DNA of 64,000 nt from Aminipila sp. (GTDB taxonomy: Bacteria > Bacillota > Clostridia > Peptostreptococcales > Anaerovoracaceae). The position numbers were made by a program, and so were the translations under genes. Below, piece after piece: positions 19,132 through 29,259 of the stretch. Below the pieces are notes generated by a model that saw only the letters and a program-made list of their open reading frames with translations, was not told the DNA's origin and did no database searches. Numbering within the stretch: the first letter of the stretch is position 1; each line of letters starts with the position of its first letter. The stretch is taken from the NCBI GenBank assembly GCA_032096995.1, contig DAMCXN010000001.1:68260-132259 (forward strand). The letters run 5' to 3'.

Positions 19132-20403
19132 TTATCCTTTAAAGAAATAATCAGCTAATTCATATCCACTTCCAAAACTCTTTCCTTTTTGGCCTGAAAT
19201 CTCATTAAAAGCTTTATCATAACTGACCTCTTGCTCTTTTGAGCTATCATATATTACAAAAGGAACCGGCGTTGATGAATGAGTTCTTAAATAAAGTGGT
19301 GTTCTATGGTCAGGTACAACTAACACTCTGAAGTCCTCACCCATTTTCTTCAGATACTCTAAAATAGGTTTAGCTATTTTTTCATCAATCAATTCTAGAC
19401 ACTGAATTTTCCCTGATTGATCTCCTTGATGAGAACATTCATCAGGACCTTCAAGATGCATATAAACAAAATCTTTTCCTTTTTTGAATTCTTCTATCGC
19501 TGCTTGTGTTTTACCATCAAAATTAGTATGTAATGTACCTGTTGCACCTTCTACATCAACAGAATCAAGGCCTGCGCAAAGAGCTATTCCCTTTATTAGA
19601 TCTACAGCAGAAATAGCTGTACCATCAATTTTATACTTATTATAGAAAGAAGATAGACTAGGTTTCTTTCCCTGTCCCCAGATCCACATAGTATTTGCAG
19701 GATTTAACCCCTTAGCAATTCTCTCCTTATTTACAGGATGATTTCTCAAGATTTCATAGCTTTCCTTCATCAATTTAATGATAAACTCTGCATCTTGAGC
19801 CTCTTCCCCTTCTATAACGCCTTCGCCTTTTGGCAAATATTCTGCAACTTTTTTTCCTAATACATCATGAGGTGGTGTCAACTGATAATCAGTAGAACCT
19901 TCCTTAACAATCATACAGTGACGATAACTTACACCTGTATAAAATTTAATAATATCATCACCCAGCTTTTCTTGTACAGCCTTAATTAATTGATCTGCTT
20001 CTTCAGTTGTAATATCTCCAGAGCTATGGTCTGTAATAACTAAATCATTATAAGAGGTTTTAGTATTTTCGTTTGCAGGCTTACCTGTTTGAGGGTCAAC
20101 TAATGTAATTATATTTGTCCTAAAAGCCACATCAGTATCTGACATATCTATACCAATACTAGCCGCCTCAAGTGGGGATCTGCCTGTTAAATAAATAGAT
20201 GGATCATATCCCATAACTGATAAATTTGCCGCATCACTACCTGGGGCAATACCTTCAGGTATTGTTTGAACCATTCCAATCTGTCCTTTTGCTGCAAGTT
20301 CATTAATTATAGGCATCTTAGCAACCTCTAACGGCGTTTTATTACCTAAGGCTTCAATTTTTTCATCACCTGCACCATCAGGTACTATAATCAAATATCT
20401 CAT
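19132..20403 (-). CDS. apgM: Cofactor-independent phosphoglycerate mutase, ApgM-like
   Basis: PDGAGD, KTPLEVA, PGSDAANLS, GPDECSH and PDHRTP motifs. Confidence 0.88.
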   Translation of the reverse strand: MRYLIIVPDGAGDEKIEALGNKTPLEVAKMPIINELAAKGQIGMVQTIPEGIAPGSDAANLSVMGYDPSIYLTGRSPLEAASIGIDMSDTDVAFRTNIITLVDPQTGKPANENTKTSYNDLVITDHSSGDITTEEADQLIKAVQEKLGDDIIKFYTGVSYRHCMIVKEGSTDYQLTPPHDVLGKKVAEYLPKGEGVIEGEEAQDAEFIIKLMKESYEILRNHPVNKERIAKGLNPANTMWIWGQGKKPSLSSFYNKYKIDGTAISAVDLIKGIALCAGLDSVDVEGATGTLHTNFDGKTQAAIEEFKKGKDFVYMHLEGPDECSHQGDQSGKIQCLELIDEKIAKPILEYLKKMGEDFRVLVVPDHRTPLYLRTHSSTPVPFVIYDSSKEQEVSYDKAFNEISGQKGKSFGSGYELADYFFKG

Positions 20404-20458
20404 ATTGACCTTCCTCTTTCTTCCTTAATTTGTAAAATTATCTATTTTTATCTTAACG

Positions 20459-20500
20459 CAAAAAGTGATAAAAACTTCTCAATTTTTATCACTTCTTTTT
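20459..20500. terminator. Intrinsic terminator after serC
   Basis: AAGTGATAAAAA..TTTTTATCACTT inverted repeat with T-runs. Confidence 0.7.
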
Positions 20501-20516
20501 TCAATTTTATATTTAC

Positions 20517-21614
20517 TTATTTTGCATTTTCAGATTCAAAATTTTTCATAAATTCTATTAGCTTATCTACACCTTCCATCGGCATAGCATTGTAAATGCT
20601 TGCTCTCATGCCACCTATTGAACGATGTCCACCAAGATTTACAAGTCCTTGTTCTTTAGCTTCAGCAATAAACTTTTTATCTAAGTCTGCATCACCTGTT
20701 ACAAATACTACATTCATTAACGAACGGCTATCTTCTTGTACAGGAGCATTGTATAATTTGCTTTCTTCAATGAATTTATATAATCTGCCTGCTTTTTCAA
20801 CATTTATCTTATTTAGAGGGGCAACGCCACCATTCTTTAAGATGTGCTTAAAAACTTCACCTGCTACATAAATTGTAAAACAAGGAGGAGTATTATACAT
20901 TGAACCACCTTCTACATGAATTTTATAATCCAAATATGTAGGTGTTTCCTCAGGCGCGAATCCAATTAAATCTTCTCTAATAATTACAATTGTTACGCCT
21001 GCTGGTGCGATATTCTTTTGAGCCCCAGCATATATCATGCCAAATTTGGTTACATCAACCTCTTCTGAAAGAATACAAGAAGACATATCCGCAACTAGAG
21101 GAACATTCCCTGTTTCTGGAATATATTGATAATGAGTTCCATAAATTGTATTATTATACGTAATATGTACATAATCCGCATCTTCTCTGAAGTCTTCTTT
21201 ATTTACTTTAGGAATATATGAAAATGTAGTATCTTCTGAAGATGCTACAATTTTAATATCACCAAATTTCTTTGCTTCTTTTGCTGCTTTTTTAGCCCAT
21301 GTACCAGTTATAATATAATCTGCTTTTTTTGAATTTCTAAGAAGATTAATTGGAATCATTGAAAATTGTAGTGTTGCTCCACCCTGAACAAATAACACTT
21401 TATAGTTTTCAGGTATATTCATAAGAGTTCTTAAATTCTGTTCTGCGTCCGTCATAATTGTGCCAAACTCTTTTGAACGGTGACTCATTTCCATAACTGA
21501 CTGACCACAGACCATATAATTTGTTAAATTTTTTGCTACGTCTTCCAAAACTTCTAAAGGTAGCATAGATGGTCCTGCTGAAAAGTTATACACTCTGCCG
21601 TTATCTTTATTCAT
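20517..21614 (-). CDS. serC: Phosphoserine aminotransferase
   Basis: YNFSAGPSMLP, MEMSHRS, GAQKN and GHRSIGGMRASIYNA motifs. Confidence 0.97.
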   Translation of the reverse strand: MNKDNGRVYNFSAGPSMLPLEVLEDVAKNLTNYMVCGQSVMEMSHRSKEFGTIMTDAEQNLRTLMNIPENYKVLFVQGGATLQFSMIPINLLRNSKKADYIITGTWAKKAAKEAKKFGDIKIVASSEDTTFSYIPKVNKEDFREDADYVHITYNNTIYGTHYQYIPETGNVPLVADMSSCILSEEVDVTKFGMIYAGAQKNIAPAGVTIVIIREDLIGFAPEETPTYLDYKIHVEGGSMYNTPPCFTIYVAGEVFKHILKNGGVAPLNKINVEKAGRLYKFIEESKLYNAPVQEDSRSLMNVVFVTGDADLDKKFIAEAKEQGLVNLGGHRSIGGMRASIYNAMPMEGVDKLIEFMKNFESENAK

Positions 21615-21799
21615 TTTTTTATTCACCTCTTTCAAAAATTTCAATATTATCATTAACACCTAATAAGTTGCTAAATTGTAAATTAAATATGATTATAGCA
21701 CTTTACTAGCTAAGAGTAAAGTGGTATAATGTCCACCAAGACAATTTTTAATGTGTTTTCACAAAATTTATAATAAAATTTGTTATGAGGTGACAAAAA

Positions 21800-22963
21800 A
21801 TGTACAATATCGCAACATTAAACAAAATTTCCCCTGTAGGCCTTGGCCGACTTACAGAACAATATAATATTACTGAAGATATAGCTTCAGCAAATGGTAT
21901 TCTTGTAAGAAGCCAAGATATGCTTTCAATGGATTTCTCACAAAATTTACTTGGAATCGCAAGAGCTGGTGCTGGTGTAAATAACATTCCTACTGACAGA
22001 TGTGCTGAAGAAGGAATTGTTGTATTCAATACTCCTGGTGCAAATGCAAATGCAGTAAAAGAACTTGTTATAGCAGGATTATTCCTTGGTGCTAGAAACA
22101 TTCCTGATGCAATCACATGGTCTTACGGATTAGTAGGAAATGAGAACGTATCTAAAACCGTTGAGAAAGGTAAAAGCCAATTTGCCGGAAAAGAAATAAA
22201 AGGTAAGACTTTAGGAGTTATTGGACTTGGAGCCATAGGTGTATCAGTTGCTAATGCTGCTGAAAAACTTGGTATGAAAGTTATTGGTAATGATCCATAT
22301 ATGACTTTACGCGCTGCTCATAATCTTTCAAATACTATTCCTGTAGTACGCTCTCTTGAAGAATTGCTTCCAAATTGTGACTATGTATCTATTCACGTTC
22401 CTTCTATGGAGCAAACTAAAGGAATGATTAATAACGATACAATTACCCTTATGAAAGATGGTATAACATTCCTTAATTTTTCTAGAGATAAGCTTGTGAA
22501 TGATGAAGATATGTTAGTAGCTCTTGCTTCAGGCAAAGTAAAAAAATACATAACTGATTTCCCTAACAATAAACTAGTTGGTAAAGAAGGAGTTATCTGC
22601 ATACCACATCTTGGAGCTTCTACAGAAGAAGCTGAAGATAACTGTGCAGTTATGGCGGCTGAACAGCTAAAGGATTATATTGAAAATGGTAATATTACTA
22701 ATTCAGTAAATTTCCCAGCTTGTAGCTTAGGACCTGTAAACGGAACAAGAATTTGCGTTTTAAACAAGAATATCCCAGCTATGTTAAGTGCAATCACTAG
22801 TGCAGTTTCTGATTTAAACTTAAACATTAATAATCTTTTAAATAAAAGTAAAGGTGATTATGCTTGTACTCTTGTAGATATTGATGGAAATGTAAGTAAA
22901 GCAGATGTTGCTGAAAAACTTAACATCCCAGGTATAATTAAAATTAGAGTTATAACTAAATAA
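21800..22963 (+). CDS. serA: D-3-phosphoglycerate dehydrogenase with C-terminal ACT domain
   Basis: ARAGAGVNNI, GLGAIG and PHLGASTEEAE motifs; divergent from serC. Confidence 0.93.
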   Translation: MYNIATLNKISPVGLGRLTEQYNITEDIASANGILVRSQDMLSMDFSQNLLGIARAGAGVNNIPTDRCAEEGIVVFNTPGANANAVKELVIAGLFLGARNIPDAITWSYGLVGNENVSKTVEKGKSQFAGKEIKGKTLGVIGLGAIGVSVANAAEKLGMKVIGNDPYMTLRAAHNLSNTIPVVRSLEELLPNCDYVSIHVPSMEQTKGMINNDTITLMKDGITFLNFSRDKLVNDEDMLVALASGKVKKYITDFPNNKLVGKEGVICIPHLGASTEEAEDNCAVMAAEQLKDYIENGNITNSVNFPACSLGPVNGTRICVLNKNIPAMLSAITSAVSDLNLNINNLLNKSKGDYACTLVDIDGNVSKADVAEKLNIPGIIKIRVITK

Positions 22964-22992
22964 CATTCTAATAAAAACATATTATTTCCCCA

Positions 22993-23037
22993 ATAAAAAA
23001 ACTGATTCAGATTATAGTTTGAATCAGTTTTTTATTA
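22993..23037. terminator. Bidirectional terminator between serA and the YihY gene
   Basis: ATAAAAAAACTGATTCA..TGAATCAGTTTTTTAT. Confidence 0.85.
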
Positions 23038-23051
23038 TTTTGTTTTTCTTA

Positions 23052-23891
23052 TTATGCTAATCTATGTTTAGTGTCTGCCCAAACTTTATTGCAAAGTACT
23101 CCTAGAACTAATGCCCATGCTAAAAAGTAAAACCACATCATTACGGCAACAACTGCAGCCATGGAACCATATAAAATATCATAATTAGACACGTATTCCG
23201 CATATATTTTATATCCAACGGTTACCACTAACATTCCTACAGAAGCAAAGATACTTCCTGGGACAATCTGTCTAAATTTTAATCTTTCAGATGGCAATAT
23301 ATAATAACTATAGCTTACCATTAGAAAATACAATGCCATTGTTACTGGCCATCTTAAGACAAGCCAAAAAACATCTACTTTATAGTTCATTCCTATAGTA
23401 GTTATAAGTGTAGCTGCCACAAGTTTTATAATTAGTTCTCCATATACTAAAATAATCAAACCAAAAGCTAAGGTAAACAAAGTAAGTGCCATAGTTTTAA
23501 AAGCCCTTATTCTTTCACGCCAATAACCATTACCTGTGCTCTTTCCTCCAGTCAACGTATAGTTTGCTATGCGCATAAGAGCGAACTCTGCACGTGAGGC
23601 TGCCCACAAGGTAATAGCCACAAAAACAATATTCATAGCACCTGTAGACTGATATGCAAACAATTTAAGAACTACATTTGCAACATCCTCAGCAACATAT
23701 TGTTCAATCAAATCACCTAGTGTACCTAAAGATATCGAAAATATGCCTAAAAGCTGCGATAGGACTATGATTGTAGGCACTATTGACATTAGAAAATAGA
23801 AAGCTAGTTGAGCTGCAAAGCCATGATAATATGGATCTCTAATCTGTTTAATGCTCAGAACGATCATTTGTATAACTCTTCTTTTATTCAT
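23052..23891 (-). CDS. YihY/virulence factor BrkB family membrane protein
   Basis: AAQLAFYFLMSIVP and YGSMAAVVAVMMWFY motifs; about 6 TM segments. Confidence 0.9.
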   Translation of the reverse strand: MNKRRVIQMIVLSIKQIRDPYYHGFAAQLAFYFLMSIVPTIIVLSQLLGIFSISLGTLGDLIEQYVAEDVANVVLKLFAYQSTGAMNIVFVAITLWAASRAEFALMRIANYTLTGGKSTGNGYWRERIRAFKTMALTLFTLAFGLIILVYGELIIKLVAATLITTIGMNYKVDVFWLVLRWPVTMALYFLMVSYSYYILPSERLKFRQIVPGSIFASVGMLVVTVGYKIYAEYVSNYDILYGSMAAVVAVMMWFYFLAWALVLGVLCNKVWADTKHRLA

Positions 23892-23901
23892 ATTCTATCC
23901 T

Positions 23902-24501
23902 TTAATGGAGTTCCCCTAACTTCTTTTGCAGTTCCATTAGTGCCTTGGCTCTATGGCTTATTTTATTCTTTTCTTCTGCAGGAATTTCTCCAAAGCTTAT
24001 TTCATAACCCAGTGGCCTAAATAAAGGATCATATCCAAAACCATTTTCTCCAGACCCTTCAAACATTATATGCCCCTCACACTCACCTCTTGCAACAATT
24101 TTTTCTCCCCTAGGGAAAATCATTGTAATTACTGAAACAAATCTGGCAGTTCTTTTTTCCATTGGCACATCTTTTAGAAGCTCCAATAATTTAGCATTAT
24201 TCTTTTCATCATTGCCTTCTTCTCCTGCAAATCTAGAAGAATATACACCGGGAGCCCCATCTAAAGCATCTACAACCAGCCCTGAATCATCTGCAATTGT
24301 AATCTGATTGCACATCATAAAGATTTCTCTTGCTTTTTTTATAGAATTTGCCTCAAAATTATCGCCATCTTCTTTAATTTTTACCTTTGGTAGTCCAAAT
24401 TCATCTCTTCCTACCACTACCATCCCAAATTGTTTTGTAATAGCTTCTATTTCATCAATCTTATGTTGATTTTGAGAAGCTGCAACTACGATTTTTGTCA
24501 T
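23902..24501 (-). CDS. rdgB: Non-canonical purine NTP pyrophosphatase (RdgB/HAM1)
   Basis: ADDSGL, GFGYDPLF and KNKISHR motifs. Confidence 0.96.
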   Translation of the reverse strand: MTKIVVAASQNQHKIDEIEAITKQFGMVVVGRDEFGLPKVKIKEDGDNFEANSIKKAREIFMMCNQITIADDSGLVVDALDGAPGVYSSRFAGEEGNDEKNNAKLLELLKDVPMEKRTARFVSVITMIFPRGEKIVARGECEGHIMFEGSGENGFGYDPLFRPLGYEISFGEIPAEEKNKISHRAKALMELQKKLGELH

Positions 24502-24539
24502 TTTGCTCTTCCTTATCCTCTTAACCTTATATCAACAAC

Positions 24540-25259
24540 TTAAATTTCACCAATAATATTTTTCTGTGCATTATTTAGTTCTTTACAACCTTCTGCTGCT
24601 AAATCTAAAAGTTCTGTTAAGTCATTAGCTGAGAAAGGTGATTCTTCTCCAGTTCCCTGAATTTCAATATATTCGCCCTTATCAGTCATTACTACATTCA
24701 TATCTACCTGTGCCCTAGAATCTTCATAATAGCATAGATCAAGCATTTTTTCGTCTTCTACTATACCAACGCTAATTGCAGATACTAATCCTATTACAGG
24801 TATTTCTGATATCATATCTTGCTCTTTCATCCATTTCATAGCTTCAACCATTGCTACAAAAGCACCTGTTATACTTGCAGTTCTAGTACCGCCATCGGCC
24901 TGAATAACATCACAGTCAATCCAAATAGTCCTTTCTCCTAATTTTTTCATATCAACAACAGAGCGGAGAGCTCTTCCTATTAACCTTTGGATCTCCATGC
25001 TTCTTCCATCTATTTTACCTCTACTGGAATCTCTAATCTTTCTAGTTGCTGTTGAACGTGGCAACATTCCATATTCAGCTGTTACCCATCCTTGTCCAGT
25101 TCCTTTTAAATGTTTTGCAGTAGACTCTTCTACTGAAGCCGTACAAATAACCTTAGTGTTACCCATTTCAATAAGTACTGATCCTTCTGCACTCATTAAA
25201 TAATTATTTGTTATCTTTACATTTCTAACTTGCCTATTTTCTCTTTTATCTATTCTCAT
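24540..25259 (-). CDS. rph: Ribonuclease PH
   Basis: [24 protein letters not shown] and IEIQGTGE motifs. Confidence 0.98.
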   Translation of the reverse strand: MRIDKRENRQVRNVKITNNYLMSAEGSVLIEMGNTKVICTASVEESTAKHLKGTGQGWVTAEYGMLPRSTATRKIRDSSRGKIDGRSMEIQRLIGRALRSVVDMKKLGERTIWIDCDVIQADGGTRTASITGAFVAMVEAMKWMKEQDMISEIPVIGLVSAISVGIVEDEKMLDLCYYEDSRAQVDMNVVMTDKGEYIEIQGTGEESPFSANDLTELLDLAAEGCKELNNAQKNIIGEI

Positions 25260-25280
25260 TTAAACCTTCTCCTTAGTATT

Positions 25281-25838
25281 TTATAAAATAATAGCTTTAA
25301 TCCCTATTATTAATAATATTAAACCACCTAAAACCTCAGCTTTACTTCCCAAGATATCCCCAAACTTACGCCCCATGATTATGGCACTAATTGTCAGGAA
25401 AAATGTTACTATTGCAATTATTGTAACCGCTTGAACAATATCTACTCTCATAGCACTAAATCCAATGCCAACTCCAAAGGCATCTATGCTTGTGGCAACC
25501 GATTGAAAAAAAAGTATCCCTATAGAAAATCCTTTTCTTTCTATAGCTCTATAGCCTTGCTTACTGTGGCTAAACCCTTCTTTTATCATCTTACCACCAA
25601 TAATGCCTAAAATTAAAAATATTACTATTCCCGCATATTTATATATAAAATCTGCAAATATACTTCCAGTAAAGTTTCCAACTAATGGCATTATAGCCTG
25701 AAAACTGCTAAAAAAAATAGGGATCATTATATATTCTTTAATTCCCAAATTTCGATAAACCATTCCATTTGTCATAGATACTGCTACAGCATCCATTGCT
25801 AAGCCTACGCCAATTAAAATTATTTCTATTATTGTCAT
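25281..25838 (-). CDS. mntP: Manganese efflux pump MntP family
   Basis: GLAMDAVAVS, ATSIDAFGVG and AEVLGGLILLIIG motifs. Confidence 0.9.
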   Translation of the reverse strand: MTIIEIILIGVGLAMDAVAVSMTNGMVYRNLGIKEYIMIPIFFSSFQAIMPLVGNFTGSIFADFIYKYAGIVIFLILGIIGGKMIKEGFSHSKQGYRAIERKGFSIGILFFQSVATSIDAFGVGIGFSAMRVDIVQAVTIIAIVTFFLTISAIIMGRKFGDILGSKAEVLGGLILLIIGIKAIIL

Positions 25839-26120
25839 ATTTTATATTTTCCTTCTATATAGCTTATTAATATAATAAAAAACTATATTTTTTAATTATA
25901 TGATAGATACATACTTTAACATTTTATCCTGCAAACTATTTATAATTACATTATTATACCATAATTATACTTTCTATAAAATTCTCTGTTGGAAATTATA
26001 ACATAAATTGGTAGACCTTCAAAGCATAATAATGTAATATAAGCCTATCTAATATTTTAACAATTTTAAAATTATATATTAATCTATATTGCATTTTATG
26101 ATGAAAGGATGTTGATAAAT

Positions 26121-26959
26121 ATGAAAATGGTTATTCTTGACGGTGCTACAATAGAACCTCAATTATCTTGGGACGGCCTAAAAAAGTTTGGTGATTTGGA
26201 AGTTTATCCACGCACACCAGATGAACTTACAATAGAACGAATTGGTGATGCTGATGCAATTTTTACAAGTAAAATAGCCCTTAATAGAGATGTTTTATTA
26301 AAATGCCCACAGCTAAAATTCATAGGGGTTATGGCAACAGGATACAATAACGTAGATTTAACTACTTGTCGTGAATTAGGAATTGCTGTATGCAACATTC
26401 CTGCCTACTCTACGGATGCAGTTGCACAACACACCTTTGCCCTTATTTTAGAAATTTGTAATCAAGTAGCTTTGCATAATGATTCAGTAAAGGCCGGTGA
26501 TTGGTTTAATTCTGAAGATTTCTGTTATTGGAAAGCTCCAATAATACTTTTAAAAGGTAAAAGCCTCGGAATAATTGGTTATGGAAATATTGGAAAAAAA
26601 GTAGCTGAAATAGCTAAAGCTTTTGGAATGACAGTTAATGTTTATAGTCAAGATAGACAAGCCTCCATAAAATCAGATATTCTTTCTCTTCACTGTCCAG
26701 CAACTAATGATAACTTCGGGTTCATTAATGAGGAATTTATTAGAGAAATGAAAGATGGAGCTATACTAATAAATACCGCTAGAGGTGTTCTTCTTAATGA
26801 AGAAGATGTAGCAGCGGCTCTTAAATCTGGCTTTCAAATTGCTTTATAACACCTCATATGTGTTGGTCTCCAAAAGAAATGCGTCAAATTATTATTGATG
26901 GCTGTATTGCTAATTTAGATGCCTTTATTGCAGGGGAAAAAGTTAATCGAGTGGATTAA
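26121..26959 (+). pseudogene. D-2-hydroxyacid (glycerate-type) dehydrogenase disrupted by an out-of-frame internal deletion near 26830
   Basis: The ORF ends LKSGFQIAL* at 26849. Another frame continues LSNCFITPHMCWSPKEMRQ...VNRVD* to 26959. The usual (A)LDV..EP segment is missing. Confidence 0.8.
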
Positions 26960-27011
26960 CAATATATATGATATTTTGTTAATTTAATATATAACAATAC
27001 AAGGTGGTAAA

Positions 27012-27908
27012 ATGCAAATAAATCGATTATTTGAAATAATATATATACTGCTTGATAAAAAGACTGTGACTTCTAAAGAACTAGCCGAGAAATTTGAAGT
27101 TTCTCCAAGAACCATTTATAGAGACATTGAAAATTTATCTTCTGCTGGTATACCCGTTTATATGAAAAAAGGAAAAGGAGGAGGTATATCTTTACTTCCT
27201 AATTTTATACTAAATAAAACCTTGATTACAGAGGAAGAAAGACAAAGCATACTATCCTCTTTGAAAGCAGTAACTGCTGTTGACCCAAATAAAACATCTA
27301 CAGCCATAAATAAGCTTAGTAGCTTATTTGGTGAATCAAATGCTAATTGGATTGAGGTAGATTTTTCTTCTTGGGAGAACCCAAAAAAGGAACTTTGTAC
27401 TTTCAACAACATAAAAGCTTCTATATTAAAAAGACAAGTCATTTCTTTTTCTTATTTTAGCACTAAAGGTGAGGAAACCTCTCGTGAGGTTGAACCTCTA
27501 AAACTTTGTTTTAAAAGTAGTTATTGGTATTTATATGGATATTGTAAAGAAAGATCTGATTTTCGTTTTTTCAAATTGAAACGTATCAGCAAACTTCATA
27601 TCTCTGATGAAACCTTTAACAGAGACGTTCCTAACCAAATTTTTTCTAATGAAAAGCCGTTTCAAGAAGATTACATTAAACTAAAATTAAAGTTATCTTC
27701 TAAGATCGCATACCGTGTTTATGATGAATTTGATAATTACAAGCAACATAGCGATGGAAGTTTTATTGCCGAAATCAATTTTCCTAAAAATCATTGGCTT
27801 ATTTATTATATAATGACATTTGGAAGCTACTGTGAAGTTCTAGCGCCAAAAGAGATAAGAGATTTGGTAAAAGCAGAAGTTCAAAAAACATTAGGAAATT
27901 ATCTTTGA
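27012..27908 (+). CDS. YafY family HTH-WYL transcriptional regulator
   Basis: ELAEKFEVSPRTIYRDI wHTH, REVEPLKL..K..YWYLYGYC..R..FRFFKLKRI WYL domain. Confidence 0.95.
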   Translation: MQINRLFEIIYILLDKKTVTSKELAEKFEVSPRTIYRDIENLSSAGIPVYMKKGKGGGISLLPNFILNKTLITEEERQSILSSLKAVTAVDPNKTSTAINKLSSLFGESNANWIEVDFSSWENPKKELCTFNNIKASILKRQVISFSYFSTKGEETSREVEPLKLCFKSSYWYLYGYCKERSDFRFFKLKRISKLHISDETFNRDVPNQIFSNEKPFQEDYIKLKLKLSSKIAYRVYDEFDNYKQHSDGSFIAEINFPKNHWLIYYIMTFGSYCEVLAPKEIRDLVKAEVQKTLGNYL

Positions 27909-27968
27909 TATGAAAGTAAAAATTGTATAGATTCCACAACATATTATTTTAGCTTAAAACAATTTTTA

Positions 27969-27994
27969 TAATATGACAGATAGTAGTCATATTA
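27969..27994. promoter_or_regulatory. Palindromic operator, probably for the WYL regulator
   Basis: Perfect TAATATGAC-N8-GTCATATTA, 7 bp upstream of TATAAT at 28002-28007. Confidence 0.7.
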
Positions 27995-28037
27995 ACCTCA
28001 TTATAATATCCCTATAAAAATTAGGAGGTTATTATAT

Positions 28038-28478
28038 ATGAATTATGAAGTTGTAAATTTAGAGAAAAAAATAGTTGTTGGTATAAGTGCTATTACTAGC
28101 AATTCTGATCCTAAAATGGGCGAAATTATTGGTGGTCTTTGGGAAAAACTGTTTATGAATGGAGTAAATGCTACAATAAAAAATAAAATTAATAAGTATT
28201 CAATTGGTCTTTATTCTGATTACTCAGGTGAAAATTACTCTGTTACTGCTGGCAACGAAGTTTCAAAAGTAGAAAATGATGAACTAACTGTAAAAGTAAT
28301 TCCTGCTGGTAGATATGCTAAGTTTTGCATTCATGGTCATATGCAAAAGGCTGTAGCTGATGCATGGAACCAAATATGGCAAATGGATTTAGATAGAAGT
28401 TTTACTGGAGATTTTGAAGAATATCTTAATAGCGACTGGGAAAATGCTAATATCAATATTTATATTGCATTAAAATAA
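28038..28478 (+). CDS. GyrI-like small-molecule-binding (effector-binding) protein
   Basis: IGGLWEK, IPAGRYAKF, W.QIW...DRSFTGDFEEY motifs; AGGAGG RBS. Confidence 0.88.
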   Translation: MNYEVVNLEKKIVVGISAITSNSDPKMGEIIGGLWEKLFMNGVNATIKNKINKYSIGLYSDYSGENYSVTAGNEVSKVENDELTVKVIPAGRYAKFCIHGHMQKAVADAWNQIWQMDLDRSFTGDFEEYLNSDWENANINIYIALK

Positions 28479-28496
28479 ATCTAAATTAATTTTATA

Positions 28497-29057
28497 TTAC
28501 TTTCTGGCTTCTTGATTCAATAAGCTTGCTCTTTCATTTATGGATTTTAGATATTCTTCAGTACTTCTACCACCAAAGTGTGGCTCTCCTACAGCCTTGC
28601 CAGAACTGTCAACAAAAATAGTTGTTGGGAATATTGTCGTAACTTCATTCGCAAATTCTATTGCTCCTTTATCATCTTTACCATTGTCCTTTATTGTATC
28701 TGTACAAATAGTTATAACATTATAATTTGACGGTAAATTATCATATAGATCTGCTATTTCTGGCATTTCTTCAATACAAGGTACACATCCTGTATACCAA
28801 ATATTTACCATAGTAATATCATAGTCCTTAAAAATATCCGATGTAACCTCTTCCCCTGTAATAGTTTTTGTAGAAAATCCATCTAAACTTGTGCTTGCAT
28901 AAATAGCCGTTTGTTCTTGTTGTTGTGCCTGTTCCTCTTCTTCCGTAAGAATTATAGGTTGTGATGGACCATGCAATAGCAATGCCACTATTCCAGCCCC
29001 CATTAAAACTGCCAAAATACCTATAATTATCAAAAATACTTTTAACGCTTTCTTCAT
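28497..29057 (-). CDS. Membrane-anchored TlpA/ResA-like thioredoxin, possibly with an in-frame internal deletion
   Basis: N-terminal TM, VNIWYTGCVPCIEEMP (CxxC), FPTTIFVD cis-Pro motif. Confidence 0.82.
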   Translation of the reverse strand: MKKALKVFLIIIGILAVLMGAGIVALLLHGPSQPIILTEEEEQAQQQEQTAIYASTSLDGFSTKTITGEEVTSDIFKDYDITMVNIWYTGCVPCIEEMPEIADLYDNLPSNYNVITICTDTIKDNGKDDKGAIEFANEVTTIFPTTIFVDSSGKAVGEPHFGGRSTEEYLKSINERASLLNQEARK

Positions 29058-29259
29058 TACTCCTACCCTTTATCCTTTTTAAATCTTCAATTATTTTCTT
29101 CAAACAAAGCTTTATTTTTTATAATTATATTTTCATTTTATATGAATTTCAATATTTTTTTATTGTTTTTCGATAAAAAATAATTGATTCTCATTTTACA
29201 AATTCAATTTCAGCCAATTCAGCAATTGAAGATTTAGTCATTATGGAAATTGGGCAAAT

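Noticed and set aside
25839..26108. yybP-ykoY manganese riboswitch upstream of mntP
   Set aside because: The region is very AT-rich and I found no GGGGAGUAG-type aptamer core.
28828..29103. 91-aa minus-strand ORF overlapping the TlpA-like gene
   Set aside because: Alternative frame with no motifs; the TlpA frame has the RBS and CxxC.
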